From the IMG/VR virus record IMGVR_UViG_3300028571_000031, positions 1 to 58,009 of that record: a stretch of 58,009 nucleotides of DNA, one strand, 5' to 3'. Made by a program: the position numbers and the translations under genes. This document shows, piece by piece, positions 45,250 to 55,284 of this stretch (positions are counted from its first letter, which is position 1; each line of letters starts with the position of its first letter). This DNA comes from a virus (lineage: Duplodnaviria > Caudoviricetes). The notes beneath the pieces are model-generated. The model worked only from the letters and a program-made list of their open reading frames with translations. It ran no database searches and was not told where the DNA came from.

Positions 45250-47427
45250 ATGGCTGATGGAGGAAACATCATGTCCCTGAAGGACCAGATCATCTCTGCT
45301 TTGAACCGCGTCGATATGGTGGAGGCTCTGCAATACGCACTGCTTGCTCACCGTGAGCACGTTGGTGTCAGGCGGTCTTGGGACAGCCCAGAGTTCACAA
45401 CCAGCCGTAAGGTGCAGGAGTCCATTGTTCAGGACCAGAGCCGTGACGACAGGCTGACCTTCTTCGGCTTTGAGACTCTGCTTGACCGGTACTTCCTCAA
45501 GGACCGCAGGGGGAACATCTGCGAGTGTCCTCAGGACTTCTTCGCACGCGTAGCCACTGGTGTGGCTTGTGCTCACAAGAGCAACAAGGTCATTGAGCGG
45601 TCGGCCTTCGAGAGCACCTGTGCCTATGCTCAGGAACTGTACGACATCCTGTCCCTGCAGCACGCAATGTTCGCCACTCCTGTGCTGACGAATGCTGGCA
45701 CTTCACGTGGTCAGCTGATCAGCTGCTTCCTGTCAGCTGCTGACGATTCGATCAACGGCATCTACAAAGAGCTTCTTCCAGAGAACTCAGCACTTGCAGC
45801 TGGTGGTGGAGGCATCGGTTCCTACTTCGGCTATGTCCGTGAGGAAGGAGCCAGCATCCGTGGTGGTGGTTCAGCCACAGGCCCCATCCCATTCATCAAG
45901 AGCTTCGATTCTCAGACGTACGCCGTCAAGCAGCAGTCAACGGGCCGCTCTGGTTCTGGTGCTGTCTACATGCAGGTGAGTCACCCTGACATTGAAGACT
46001 TCCTCAACATTCGTCGGCCAAAAGGAGCAGTTGAGCGTCAGTGCCTCAACGTGCACCATGGCGTGGTGATTGACGATGCCTTCATGAAGGCTGTCGAGGG
46101 TCACAAGCCATACAACCTGATTTCCCCCAAGAATGGCAAGGTGGTCAAGACCATTGACGCCTACGAACTGTGGAAGAAGATCGTCATCACGAGAGTCGAA
46201 ACAGGTGAGCCCTACATCCTGTTCATCGACACCGTGAATCGCATGCAGCCAGAAGTGAACAAGAAGCTTGGCTTCAAGGTTCTCACTTCGAACCTCTGCA
46301 TCGAGATCATGCTCATCGTGTTCGCAATGGGCAAGGTGGTTGCCCAGAAGTTCTGGGACCATCTTCGTGGTCGGCCAACCCCATCTGGTCGCACAGCTGT
46401 GTGTTGCCTCGGCTCATTGAACTACGCTCGCTACGACGAGTGGGCTTCTTATGAAGAGCGTCTCGTGTACCTGATGTCCAAAGGTCTGGACAACGTTCTG
46501 GACAACTTCATCACCACCGCTGGTCCAGACTATGCTCGTGCAACGCACTCAGCGTCCCGTGGCCGCGACATCGGTCTGGGTGTCATGGGTTGGTTCGACT
46601 ACATTCAAAAGCTCGGCATCCCATTCGAGAGTGTTGAAGCTCGTGTCCACAACAAGCTGCGCTTCCGTGACTTCGGGAAGTACACCAAAATGGCGACGGA
46701 GAGACTGGCTCTTGAGCGTGGTCCTGCCCCAGACGCCATCCTCGCCTCCCCGCTGCTTGCTCGCATCACCGTCCCCGCTGTCATCGCGCTCAAGCTGGTT
46801 GGTACCAAACTCGGCTCTTGGGTCATCAAGAAGGTCATGCCTCCTGAGCACCTCGTCAGGAATGTGAACTACTCCGCTGTAGCCCCGACAGCCAGCATTG
46901 GATTCATTGCAGGCGCCAACGCTGCCTCCGTTGAACCACCGCTCTCCAACTCCTTCATTCAGAAGTCACTGACTGGTCGCGTGAAGATGCAGAACCCCTA
47001 CCTGAAGGACCTCCTCGCCAAGAAGTACCCTCTGATGAACACACCAGAGACTTGGTCGTCGATCCATGCTACTGGTGGTTCTGTGCAACACCTTGCCTTC
47101 CTATCTGACGACGACAGGAAGGTCTTCAGGACTGGGTCAGAAATCAACCAGCGAGAAATCGTGCAGCAAGCAGCTGACCGTCAGCCATACATCACTCAGG
47201 GTCAAAGCCTGAACCTGTTCTTCGGCTACAACACCAACGGGCAGTACTCGGCGAAGTACCTGCACGACGTTCACATGCTCGCGTGGAAAGCTGGCGTGAA
47301 GGGTCTGTACTACTTCCGTGGTGAAGCCAAAGCTCAGTCGACGAACATCTCATCCAACGCTGATAACCACACACAAACCAACATCCAAGACCGTCTCGCA
47401 TACGAAGAATGCGCCGTCTGCCAGTGA
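45250..47427 (+). CDS. nrdA: class I ribonucleotide reductase alpha subunit
   Basis: ATPVLTNAG, ISCFL, SNLCIEI, APTAS, QGQSLN, GLYY and C-terminal CAVC. Confidence 0.95.
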   Translation: MADGGNIMSLKDQIISALNRVDMVEALQYALLAHREHVGVRRSWDSPEFTTSRKVQESIVQDQSRDDRLTFFGFETLLDRYFLKDRRGNICECPQDFFARVATGVACAHKSNKVIERSAFESTCAYAQELYDILSLQHAMFATPVLTNAGTSRGQLISCFLSAADDSINGIYKELLPENSALAAGGGGIGSYFGYVREEGASIRGGGSATGPIPFIKSFDSQTYAVKQQSTGRSGSGAVYMQVSHPDIEDFLNIRRPKGAVERQCLNVHHGVVIDDAFMKAVEGHKPYNLISPKNGKVVKTIDAYELWKKIVITRVETGEPYILFIDTVNRMQPEVNKKLGFKVLTSNLCIEIMLIVFAMGKVVAQKFWDHLRGRPTPSGRTAVCCLGSLNYARYDEWASYEERLVYLMSKGLDNVLDNFITTAGPDYARATHSASRGRDIGLGVMGWFDYIQKLGIPFESVEARVHNKLRFRDFGKYTKMATERLALERGPAPDAILASPLLARITVPAVIALKLVGTKLGSWVIKKVMPPEHLVRNVNYSAVAPTASIGFIAGANAASVEPPLSNSFIQKSLTGRVKMQNPYLKDLLAKKYPLMNTPETWSSIHATGGSVQHLAFLSDDDRKVFRTGSEINQREIVQQAADRQPYITQGQSLNLFFGYNTNGQYSAKYLHDVHMLAWKAGVKGLYYFRGEAKAQSTNISSNADNHTQTNIQDRLAYEECAVCQ

Positions 47428-47434
47428 AGGAAAC

Positions 47435-48412
47435 ATGCCACTACTAACACCACGACCCAGCTTTCGCCCATTCGAATACCAGTGGGCCTTCGACGCCTAC
47501 CTGCTTCAGCAGCAGAGCCACTGGCTCGCCACTGAAGTACCCATGACCGAGGACGTGCGTGACTACCGTGCATTGACACCAGAAGCCAAGAGCCTCCTGA
47601 CGCAGGTCTTGAGGTTCTTCACTCAGGGCGATCTGGAGGTCAGCAACAACTATCAGAACCGGCTCATGCCCGTGTTCCAAATTCCAGAAATTGGAATGAT
47701 GCTGTCGTCCTTCGCTGCCTCGGAAGCGATTCACGTCCATGCCTACAGCTACCTGATCGACACGCTTGGTCTGCCAGAGACTGAGTACAACGAGTTCCTG
47801 CTCTACGATTCGATGCGGAAGAAGTACGAATACCTGCATGGCTTCAAGTCAGACAGCCTAGACGACCTCGCAAAGACTCTGGCTGTCTTCGGTGCCTTCA
47901 TGGAAGGTACTGCGTTGTTCGCGAGCTTCGCCATCCTGTTGAACTTCCAGCGTGCTGGAATCAACAAGATGCGTGGGCTTGGCCAGATCGTGGCTTGGTC
48001 TCAGCGGGATGAGAGCCTGCACTCACACAGCATCAGCCTCCTGTACAAGGCTCTGGTTGCTGAGAACCCAACACTGCAGACGGTGGAGCACCGCGACAGC
48101 ATCTATGCCGCTTGCCGCGACGTGGTGAACATGGAGGATGCTTTCATCGACACCTGCTTCTCCATGGGTGCCGTTGAAGGCTTGAAGCCAGAGGACGTCA
48201 AGGCATACGTGCGATACATCGCCGACCTTCGCCTTCGTGGTCTGGACCTGAAGCCAATCTATGACATTCAGAAGAACCCTCTTCCTTGGGTGGAAGACGC
48301 CCTGTCCGGCAAGGAGTTTCAAGGATTCTTTGAAGGACGAGTGACCGAATACAGCAAAGGCGCCATTGACGAGACGTGGCCAACAAAGGAGACAGCAGGT
48401 GAAACTGATTGA
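47435..48412 (+). CDS. nrdB: ribonucleotide reductase beta subunit
   Basis: FFTQGD, EAIHVHAYS, EGTALF, RDESLH and FFE.RVTEY motifs. Confidence 0.95.
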   Translation: MPLLTPRPSFRPFEYQWAFDAYLLQQQSHWLATEVPMTEDVRDYRALTPEAKSLLTQVLRFFTQGDLEVSNNYQNRLMPVFQIPEIGMMLSSFAASEAIHVHAYSYLIDTLGLPETEYNEFLLYDSMRKKYEYLHGFKSDSLDDLAKTLAVFGAFMEGTALFASFAILLNFQRAGINKMRGLGQIVAWSQRDESLHSHSISLLYKALVAENPTLQTVEHRDSIYAACRDVVNMEDAFIDTCFSMGAVEGLKPEDVKAYVRYIADLRLRGLDLKPIYDIQKNPLPWVEDALSGKEFQGFFEGRVTEYSKGAIDETWPTKETAGETD

Positions 48413-48611
48413 TGTTGAATGCAAGCTATGTCTAAAGGTGCTGCCAGACTGCCTCGTGGCCAACGAGGTAGCCGCTGGTCCCTTGACCTTCGACCAGCTG
48501 GGTAACGACGACGTGAGTCGCTGTGACCAGTGCCCCGCAGACGAGCCTTGCTTTGTACCCACACTATCCGTCCCCGTGACTAGGGGGCACACCTCTTGGA
48601 AAGTCAGATGA
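48399..48611 (+). CDS. small zinc-ribbon protein
   Basis: CKLC...CDQC. Confidence 0.5.
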   Translation: MKLIDVECKLCLKVLPDCLVANEVAAGPLTFDQLGNDDVSRCDQCPADEPCFVPTLSVPVTRGHTSWKVR

Positions 48612-48889
48612 ACATCTCAAATGTCCTCGATTCAGTAGCTAAGAAACTCATCGATGCTGGTGCTCCAGCCAGTGTCAGATTTGATATCTTGGCAAGTCAC
48701 CACACCCTCAAGACAACTTATTGCAAATATCGGCGCTTCATCTCGTCCGATTCAGATGATACAGTTGCGACGTTTCACGTGGGGGATGTTGTGACCAAGC
48801 CAAACGAGCTTCAAGTCAGCATCCACTGCTCAGTGCTTCCGGGCCGCAAACGTGAAATCATGACTGTGACCTGCGACATGTTGCAGTAA
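48608..48889 (+). CDS. hypothetical protein
   Basis: ATGA overlap with the upstream gene. Confidence 0.55.
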   Translation: MNISNVLDSVAKKLIDAGAPASVRFDILASHHTLKTTYCKYRRFISSDSDDTVATFHVGDVVTKPNELQVSIHCSVLPGRKREIMTVTCDMLQ

Positions 48890-48933
48890 AGTAGCTATTG
48901 ACTGCACCATAATCGATGCCTAGTGTTAGGGCT

Positions 48934-49758
48934 ATGAGACATGCGCTTGTAGCTCTTCTCCTTTTCAGTAGTACCGCCTTCGCCGTCGAGGACCGCTGGG
49001 TGGTGCCCGACTGGCTCCTGAAGGAGGAGAAGGCAATGACTCAGGTGGAGCGTGATTCCCCTGCGTTCTGGCAGGGAATCAGGGATAGACCGACGAAGGA
49101 CACCTTCGTCGCCCCTGAAACAGAAGAAGGTATGGAAGAGGACTACACTGCTGCTCTCCGTTCCAAAGGGAACCCTTGGTACAAGAAGACGTATGGAGTT
49201 CGAGACCCCAATGTGTGGCAGGGTGATGCCGTCGAACTCAAGCAGATGAAGCAGTTCTGCCTCAGCAACAAGGCCAAGACTGTGAACGACCACGTCCAGT
49301 ACTCAGACGACTACCCCCGCTGCGTGGAGGCAGTGGGTCGTTGGACCATGCATGACTGGCGGACCTACAAGGCATCGGCGCTGGCCTTCGACGAGTTGGT
49401 ATCTGTCTGTGCGGCATCAGTGGATCTCGCACTGCCAGATCGAACGGGGTACCTCTGTAAGGCGGGTAAACACGCCATGGGTAGGCAGAAGGAGATCAAG
49501 TGTCTGGATGAAAAGGGCACCAACTCAGATGAATGCTATTTCGTCATCCTGCACAACACTATTCTTTCCCGTCAGGCAACTGCTGACACCGTGCTCCAGT
49601 CATATGTTGTTGAACTGACCAAATGTTACCCGGCAGTTTTTTGGTCCGGTTTGAAGGAGCCTTTCCATAACTTCTATGGTGTGCTGTTTCCTTACCAGAT
49701 CTTCTGGTCCGAGAACCGTGACCCAGAGCGCAGCCGCTTCGATTGCACCTACAACTGA
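48934..49758 (+). CDS. secreted Cys-rich protein
   Basis: Signal peptide MRHALVALLLFSSTAFA; eight Cys residues. Confidence 0.7.
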   Translation: MRHALVALLLFSSTAFAVEDRWVVPDWLLKEEKAMTQVERDSPAFWQGIRDRPTKDTFVAPETEEGMEEDYTAALRSKGNPWYKKTYGVRDPNVWQGDAVELKQMKQFCLSNKAKTVNDHVQYSDDYPRCVEAVGRWTMHDWRTYKASALAFDELVSVCAASVDLALPDRTGYLCKAGKHAMGRQKEIKCLDEKGTNSDECYFVILHNTILSRQATADTVLQSYVVELTKCYPAVFWSGLKEPFHNFYGVLFPYQIFWSENRDPERSRFDCTYN

Positions 49759-49797
49759 AGGTGTGGCGAACGCCTAAGTCGTTGAGCAACCTGATGA

Positions 49798-51540
49798 ATG
49801 AGCCGTATCACCATCCCAAGCTTCCTCTCGTCTGGCGAGATCGCCTCAGTGCAAACGACGTTTGCCCAGAAGAGGCTTGAAGCTCGTGCCGACGCACTGG
49901 CAGACCGGCTGTCAACGAGGGCGGTTCCCATCGCTGTTCGGTCTGCGATGGAAGAAGCAGCAAAGCTGTTGGCCGCTGACCACCTCGTGTCTCCAAAAGT
50001 TGAAGAGGCGAAGCCCATTGTTCTGACGATCAAGATCCCAAAGAATCTGGCGTCACGTTATCCACCTGACGACGAGCGGCATAACGAGGAACCACACATT
50101 ACCCTGCTCTACCTCACTGGTGATGGATTCACACCCGGTAAGGTAGACGAGTTCCTTCTTGGCCTACGTGCAGCACTGAAGCGTCAAGCTCCCTTCCGCG
50201 TCACCCTGCAAACGCACAAGGGACTTCAGGACTTTGGTGACAGCGAGTCAGGTACAAAGGCGCTCTGGTTCTCCGTCAAGGACGACCCCAACGGCCAGTT
50301 GACCATGCTGCATAACTTCCTGAAGCGGGAACTTTCAGTTCTCGGTTTCGACTGCAAGCAGACATTCAACTACAACCCGCACAGCACTTGGTGTTACGTA
50401 CCCAACGACCAGTCCGAGAAGGACCGTCAGCGCATGTCCTCTCTCGCTGTGGGCAGGTTCACGGACGTGAACACGTGGTTCGATGTCAGGCACGTCAGCG
50501 TGTCTCTTCCTTCCGGCAAGGAAGTCACGATCCCACTCTCTCCCAATCTCAGGCCCGACAAGCGTGGTCCGGTTTCAATGCCAGCGCACGCCTCGTTCAA
50601 GTCGGCTTCCGTCGTCACGGCCATCACAAAGATGTCTGGCGACCAGCTTGCGATCATCCGCATGATCCGCAAAGCACCCAACGGCACCATGACCGTCAGG
50701 GAGATCGAGAAGTCACGAGTAGGCAGCACTCCTTGGTTCAAGCTATGGATGCAGACCAAGCAGCCCAAGAAAGACGTTGTGGTGTCCGAGGACGACATCT
50801 CAAGCTCTGATGTCGTTGTGCCTGACAACAAGCCGAGGCATCTGCTTGAAGGTCTCCTGAGCGCAGCCGAGACTGCCAAGCTCCCATGGACGGACAAAGA
50901 CAGCATCCTGCCAAACAACAAAGTGTTTGGACTTGTTGTACCAGAAGCAGACGTCAACCGTCTATTTTCTGCATGGGGAGAGAGCGCTGTTGGGTTCATT
51001 AAACAGTACAATGGAAAGGCTGAGATGTCCGGTCATCCAGTTGTTCCGGGCAAGATCATCCTCTCTTGGGTGCGCTATTCCGAGTTGGACGACAACACGT
51101 TGTGGGTGCATGAAGTACAGACGGACATGTTCTGGGCAGTTGGCTCACGACATATTCGTCAGCCAGATGTACAGCACGCAATGTCTCTTGGTGGTCCAAT
51201 GTCCAAGGAGACGAACTACTACATCCGCGACGTCATCAAGGAACGCGCGAATGAGGACGACAAGCAGCTTTCGATGCTGGAGTTCGAGGTTCTGCGCGAG
51301 TTCGTATCCGAGCACAGCAGCAGCCGTATCGTGTTCCCAACGGTACAGTACCGACTTGACGAGTACCCAGCTGACATCTTTGGAGACAAGGCCGCACCAG
51401 CTTCTGTCTACAATGACATCCCTCGAAAGCTCCGCTTCGAGAAGACCAATGTGGAAAGCCTCAACTTGTCCGAAGCTCCTCCTGACGGAGAAGTCTGGGT
51501 GTCTGCTTCAGTAAAGGCCGTCGGGGCTAGGATTGCCTGA
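49798..51540 (+). CDS. 2H phosphoesterase (Acb1/LigT-like) fused to a polyvalent-type domain
   Basis: PHITL and PHSTW motifs; second domain SWVR...LWVHEVQTD. Confidence 0.75.
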   Translation: MSRITIPSFLSSGEIASVQTTFAQKRLEARADALADRLSTRAVPIAVRSAMEEAAKLLAADHLVSPKVEEAKPIVLTIKIPKNLASRYPPDDERHNEEPHITLLYLTGDGFTPGKVDEFLLGLRAALKRQAPFRVTLQTHKGLQDFGDSESGTKALWFSVKDDPNGQLTMLHNFLKRELSVLGFDCKQTFNYNPHSTWCYVPNDQSEKDRQRMSSLAVGRFTDVNTWFDVRHVSVSLPSGKEVTIPLSPNLRPDKRGPVSMPAHASFKSASVVTAITKMSGDQLAIIRMIRKAPNGTMTVREIEKSRVGSTPWFKLWMQTKQPKKDVVVSEDDISSSDVVVPDNKPRHLLEGLLSAAETAKLPWTDKDSILPNNKVFGLVVPEADVNRLFSAWGESAVGFIKQYNGKAEMSGHPVVPGKIILSWVRYSELDDNTLWVHEVQTDMFWAVGSRHIRQPDVQHAMSLGGPMSKETNYYIRDVIKERANEDDKQLSMLEFEVLREFVSEHSSSRIVFPTVQYRLDEYPADIFGDKAAPASVYNDIPRKLRFEKTNVESLNLSEAPPDGEVWVSASVKAVGARIA

Positions 51541-51726
51541 TGGTTGCTGGATGGCTAGTGACTTCATTATCACTGGCCACGCGACGACCACCAACTCATC
51601 AACAGCCATACCACTGACGTAGTCAGCAGACTCCTTGTTGATGTTTCGAAGCGGCAGGCTAGCCTTATTGCCGAACAGGGCCGCGAGTTCGTACAACGCG
51701 GCAACAGAGACATCGGAGTCAACCAT
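51508..51726 (-). CDS. small hypothetical protein
   Basis: AAGGT RBS. Confidence 0.45.
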   Translation of the reverse strand: MVDSDVSVAALYELAALFGNKASLPLRNINKESADYVSGMAVDELVVVAWPVIMKSLAIQQPSGNPSPDGLY

Positions 51727-51743
51727 GGCAGTACCTTCAGCTA

Positions 51744-51956
51744 TCAGGTCCAGAGACCCGGAATCTTGTCGAGAAGCTCTCTGAGTTCCATCACCTTGGT
51801 GATGGGTGTTCCGCTGGAAAGCAGGTCGTTCTCGACATCTTTGAGCTTGGCGTTCAGCAGCTTGTTGAACGTCTCGAAAGCTTGACGCTCATCTGGTGAA
51901 ATTGGCATTGCTCTGAAGATGACTCGGCGGATTAGTGTTTCCATTGAGAACCTCAT
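51744..51956 (-). CDS. small hypothetical protein
   Basis: Helical ORF with phage-like codon usage. Confidence 0.5.
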   Translation of the reverse strand: MRFSMETLIRRVIFRAMPISPDERQAFETFNKLLNAKLKDVENDLLSSGTPITKVMELRELLDKIPGLWT

Positions 51957-51995
51957 ACGTCAGGATGCATCAAGCGTTGACGACGACGGCACAGT

Positions 51996-54425
51996 ATGGG
52001 ACACAGTCGGGTCATGGCAAAAAAAGCTATCATGCGCCTCAAGTCACTCCGCTTTGAAGGAGCAGGATCCTACAAGACCGACACGGGTATCCTCCCCCTT
52101 GAGAAGCGTGGCTTGGTCCTCATCGAAGGCAAAGAGGGGGCAGGTAAAACACTTATCCCCGATATCCCGACGACTATCCTGTTCGGCAAGGGAGCACCAC
52201 GACTACGTGACGCTGCTCTCGCTGAGAAGAATCTCGTCGATGGTCTCACTGGGTACAAAGGCAATCTGGTATTCGATAGTGGTGTCGGTGCCCGGTCACG
52301 TGAAGTGGACATCACTCAGGCGTTCAAGCACAAGAAGCTGGCCTCCAGATACATCATCAAGATCGATGGTGAGGCCGATGAAGAGCCGACAACCAAGCCA
52401 CAAGCACGGAAGTTCGTCAACCGATTGGCTCCAATCTCCTACGGGGAATGGCTGGGTACAACGTACATCTCGCAGGGCGCGACTCACGACTTGATGGCAG
52501 GTACTCCTTCCGAGAAGAAGGAGTACATCACAAACGTCTTCGGTCTGTCCTTCTGCGACGACCTTGTGAACGAAGCCTTGGGCACTGCCAAGGAACTCAC
52601 GACAAAGGTCACCGGGTCACTGGGCATCAAGCAGAGGTTGCTGGACGTTGACCAGCAGCTGAAGAACATGCAGCAAGAGATAGCGTCTCTGCCATCCAGC
52701 GAGGATGTAAGCTCTGTTGTTGAGCAGCTGAACAAGAAGATTCAGAATGCGAATCAGGAGACTGGTCGTCTCGTCACCTTGATGGACACAGCAGAAGACC
52801 ATGCTGCAGCCACGAAGCGGTACAAGGCCCTGTGCAAGAGTCTTGGCGTTGCCTCAGCGGCAGATGCGGCGACGGCTGCCAAGGAGGCCGAGACCGCGTT
52901 GGCTTCTCTCAACGAGCGAATTGCAGACCTGTCGGCCAAGGTGAAGTCGCTCAAGAAAGCATGGGCAACCTATGACGACTTCATCGAGGACCAGCGTGTC
53001 GCCTCAAAGGCAGTGGAGAAGAAGCAGGCTGCACTGACTGCCCTAGAGGGGCAATCAGAAAGGATGAAGCTGGGCCTATGTGAGAAGACCAAGGCTTTGT
53101 TGATCGAGGCAAAAGGCAAGGGTCTACGCACTCTTCAACATGGTAAAGACGTTTCAACCCCATGGCGTGAACTTGTTGCTTCAGCTTCTGCCGCTGAGGC
53201 GCAAGCTACCAAGATCGAAAAGCTCCAAGCTAAGCTTGGCGGTGGCCACGGTACCGTGGACTGCCCAACCTGTTCTCATGCAGTGGACATTGAGGTCCTA
53301 CGGGACACGTCAAACGACCTGAGGAAACAAGCCAAAGGCATGTGGCTCGATGCATCAACTGAGTTGACCAACCACCTGCCAGAGGGGCTCGACACCCTCA
53401 AGACCATTGATGAGGCCATCGACCATCTAGACGACATCATCGGCTACTACTTTCAGGTAGAAGAAGCCAAGTCCGGTCTCAATGCTGCCAAGCAGCGGCT
53501 GGCTGTAATCAATGAGAGGTCGCCTGAGAAGCCAACGGAAACTCAGGACTCCTCTGCTGAGAAGCTTGCTTCCCTACAAGAGAAGCAGCGTGGCGAGAAG
53601 ACATTCATTGCTGATGCGAACGAAGTCAAGAACGTCTACACGGAAGTCACGACGCTTGAGCGCTCCCTTCAAGACGTCGACCTAGACGGCCTTGCACCAG
53701 CCATCGAAAAGATCAGGGCTAACAGAGCCGACTGGGTCGTCGAATACAACGATGCTCTGGAAGAGAAGGACCGGGTCACGTCAACCCGCGCTACATACAA
53801 GGCACTTCAGAAGCAGAAGAAGGAACTCGACGACAAGGTCAATGAATACGCTCAATTCACCTTGTCGCTGAAGCAGTACGAAGACGAAATCATTCCCTAC
53901 TTCACTGCATACAGAGCAGGCAAGGTTCGGTCTTGCTTGTCTGTGCTCGAACTCGTGTTGCCTGTGTACGTGTCGACCATTGCCGTTGGCCAGTACGAGG
54001 GTGCTGAGTTGCGTCTCAGCACTGATGACGCGTTCTCCAAGCTCATTGTTGAGATGAAGACAGGGACGCACGAACCTTGGATTCAGCCGCTGCAGGGTTC
54101 TGGTGGCCAGCGCCAGCGACTGACGTTGGCGTCCGTAGCTGCTCTGCGTGAAGTCAGCCCACGGACAACCAACGTGATGTTCTGGGATGAACCGTTCACC
54201 AACCTCAGACCAGACGGCAAGCTGCTTGTCGTGCAGAGACTCATCCCGACTCTGCGTGACAGGTGTCCGGACCTTGAATCCATCTTCCTGATTGCCCACG
54301 ACCCGGAAGTACTCGGCTTGTCAGTCGATACCTTCGACGAGGTCTGGGCTGTGCGGAGGGAGCGGGCTGGTTCCAGTATCACTACTGGCCTCAGTCTCGC
54401 CGAAGCAAGGAAGCTTCTGGAGTAA
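51996..54425 (+). CDS. SbcC/Rad50/gp46-like ATPase
   Basis: Walker A GKEGAGKT, Q-loop ISQG, CPTC zinc hook, SGGQ signature, FWDEP and IAH; start uncertain. Confidence 0.92.
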   Translation: MGHSRVMAKKAIMRLKSLRFEGAGSYKTDTGILPLEKRGLVLIEGKEGAGKTLIPDIPTTILFGKGAPRLRDAALAEKNLVDGLTGYKGNLVFDSGVGARSREVDITQAFKHKKLASRYIIKIDGEADEEPTTKPQARKFVNRLAPISYGEWLGTTYISQGATHDLMAGTPSEKKEYITNVFGLSFCDDLVNEALGTAKELTTKVTGSLGIKQRLLDVDQQLKNMQQEIASLPSSEDVSSVVEQLNKKIQNANQETGRLVTLMDTAEDHAAATKRYKALCKSLGVASAADAATAAKEAETALASLNERIADLSAKVKSLKKAWATYDDFIEDQRVASKAVEKKQAALTALEGQSERMKLGLCEKTKALLIEAKGKGLRTLQHGKDVSTPWRELVASASAAEAQATKIEKLQAKLGGGHGTVDCPTCSHAVDIEVLRDTSNDLRKQAKGMWLDASTELTNHLPEGLDTLKTIDEAIDHLDDIIGYYFQVEEAKSGLNAAKQRLAVINERSPEKPTETQDSSAEKLASLQEKQRGEKTFIADANEVKNVYTEVTTLERSLQDVDLDGLAPAIEKIRANRADWVVEYNDALEEKDRVTSTRATYKALQKQKKELDDKVNEYAQFTLSLKQYEDEIIPYFTAYRAGKVRSCLSVLELVLPVYVSTIAVGQYEGAELRLSTDDAFSKLIVEMKTGTHEPWIQPLQGSGGQRQRLTLASVAALREVSPRTTNVMFWDEPFTNLRPDGKLLVVQRLIPTLRDRCPDLESIFLIAHDPEVLGLSVDTFDEVWAVRRERAGSSITTGLSLAEARKLLE

Positions 54426-54427
54426 GC

Positions 54428-55270
54428 TCACTTCTCGATGCACATCCCGTCTTCGACGGGGTCAATCATCGACATTTCATTCGCGTAGTCGTAGTGCTCT
54501 TCAGCAGAAGCATCGATGTTGTTCCCTCGTCCAACATCGCTGATCACTTCTTCCTTGGCTTCAACGCCCTTCGAAGTGGCCAGCACTGGTGCCGCTACTT
54601 TCGATGAGCCGAAGACTTCACCAAGCACGTACTGATGTGGCCAAAGCGGACCGGGGTCGGTCTTTCTCTTGGGAGAGACGTCAGAGTGGAAGACGATGTT
54701 AGTCCTCGTGACTGCGGGGTACATCTCGACAATGCGCTTCATGACAGCGATGTTTGAGGCCACAAGTTTGTCGCTGTAGGGCTCCCACCAACGCATGGCT
54801 CCATCACTACCCTTCGCCTGTTGTGGTGCAGGCCCTTGGTACAACGTCCCCAGCGTCACGGGCTTCCCAGCTTCGAACTTCGGCATGTAGAACTTGCCAT
54901 CCTTGCCCTTGAGCAGCCAACCGACGTTGCAGTTCTCGATGCCGATGGTGAAGCTGTTCACATTCGCAGGCTGTGGCTTCCCGAGCCATAGACCCGCATT
55001 GTCACCAGCGTGATACGCTTGGTCGGCAAAGGACACCATCTGCACGACGTGTCCGTCACGGAAGATGAAGATGTGAGCCGAGTTCGCCGACTGTGGCATC
55101 CAAGTCACGAGGCCACGCTCCGACAAGGAAGCGGTGTAGTGCTGCACAACTCCAATGACAGGGCGCGGTCGGCCCTTCTTGAACTTGGTCGTTGGAATTA
55201 CCTCTGCCCCGAGGATGTCTGGCTTGAACGTCATAACGCAGATTGCGTTCGAGGCATCCTTGTCAGACAC
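54428..55270 (-). CDS. N-acetylmuramoyl-L-alanine amidase (Amidase_2)
   Basis: VQHYTA, SAH, AYHAG, TIGIE and HSDVSPKRKTDPG motifs. Confidence 0.92.
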   Translation of the reverse strand: MSDKDASNAICVMTFKPDILGAEVIPTTKFKKGRPRPVIGVVQHYTASLSERGLVTWMPQSANSAHIFIFRDGHVVQMVSFADQAYHAGDNAGLWLGKPQPANVNSFTIGIENCNVGWLLKGKDGKFYMPKFEAGKPVTLGTLYQGPAPQQAKGSDGAMRWWEPYSDKLVASNIAVMKRIVEMYPAVTRTNIVFHSDVSPKRKTDPGPLWPHQYVLGEVFGSSKVAAPVLATSKGVEAKEEVISDVGRGNNIDASAEEHYDYANEMSMIDPVEDGMCIEK

Positions 55271-55284
55271 TCAAAGAGATCATC

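Noticed and set aside
25874-47427. Inteins or group I introns in terL, the major capsid gene or nrdA
   Set aside because: No intein terminal motifs or reading-frame interruptions seen, and sizes are unremarkable
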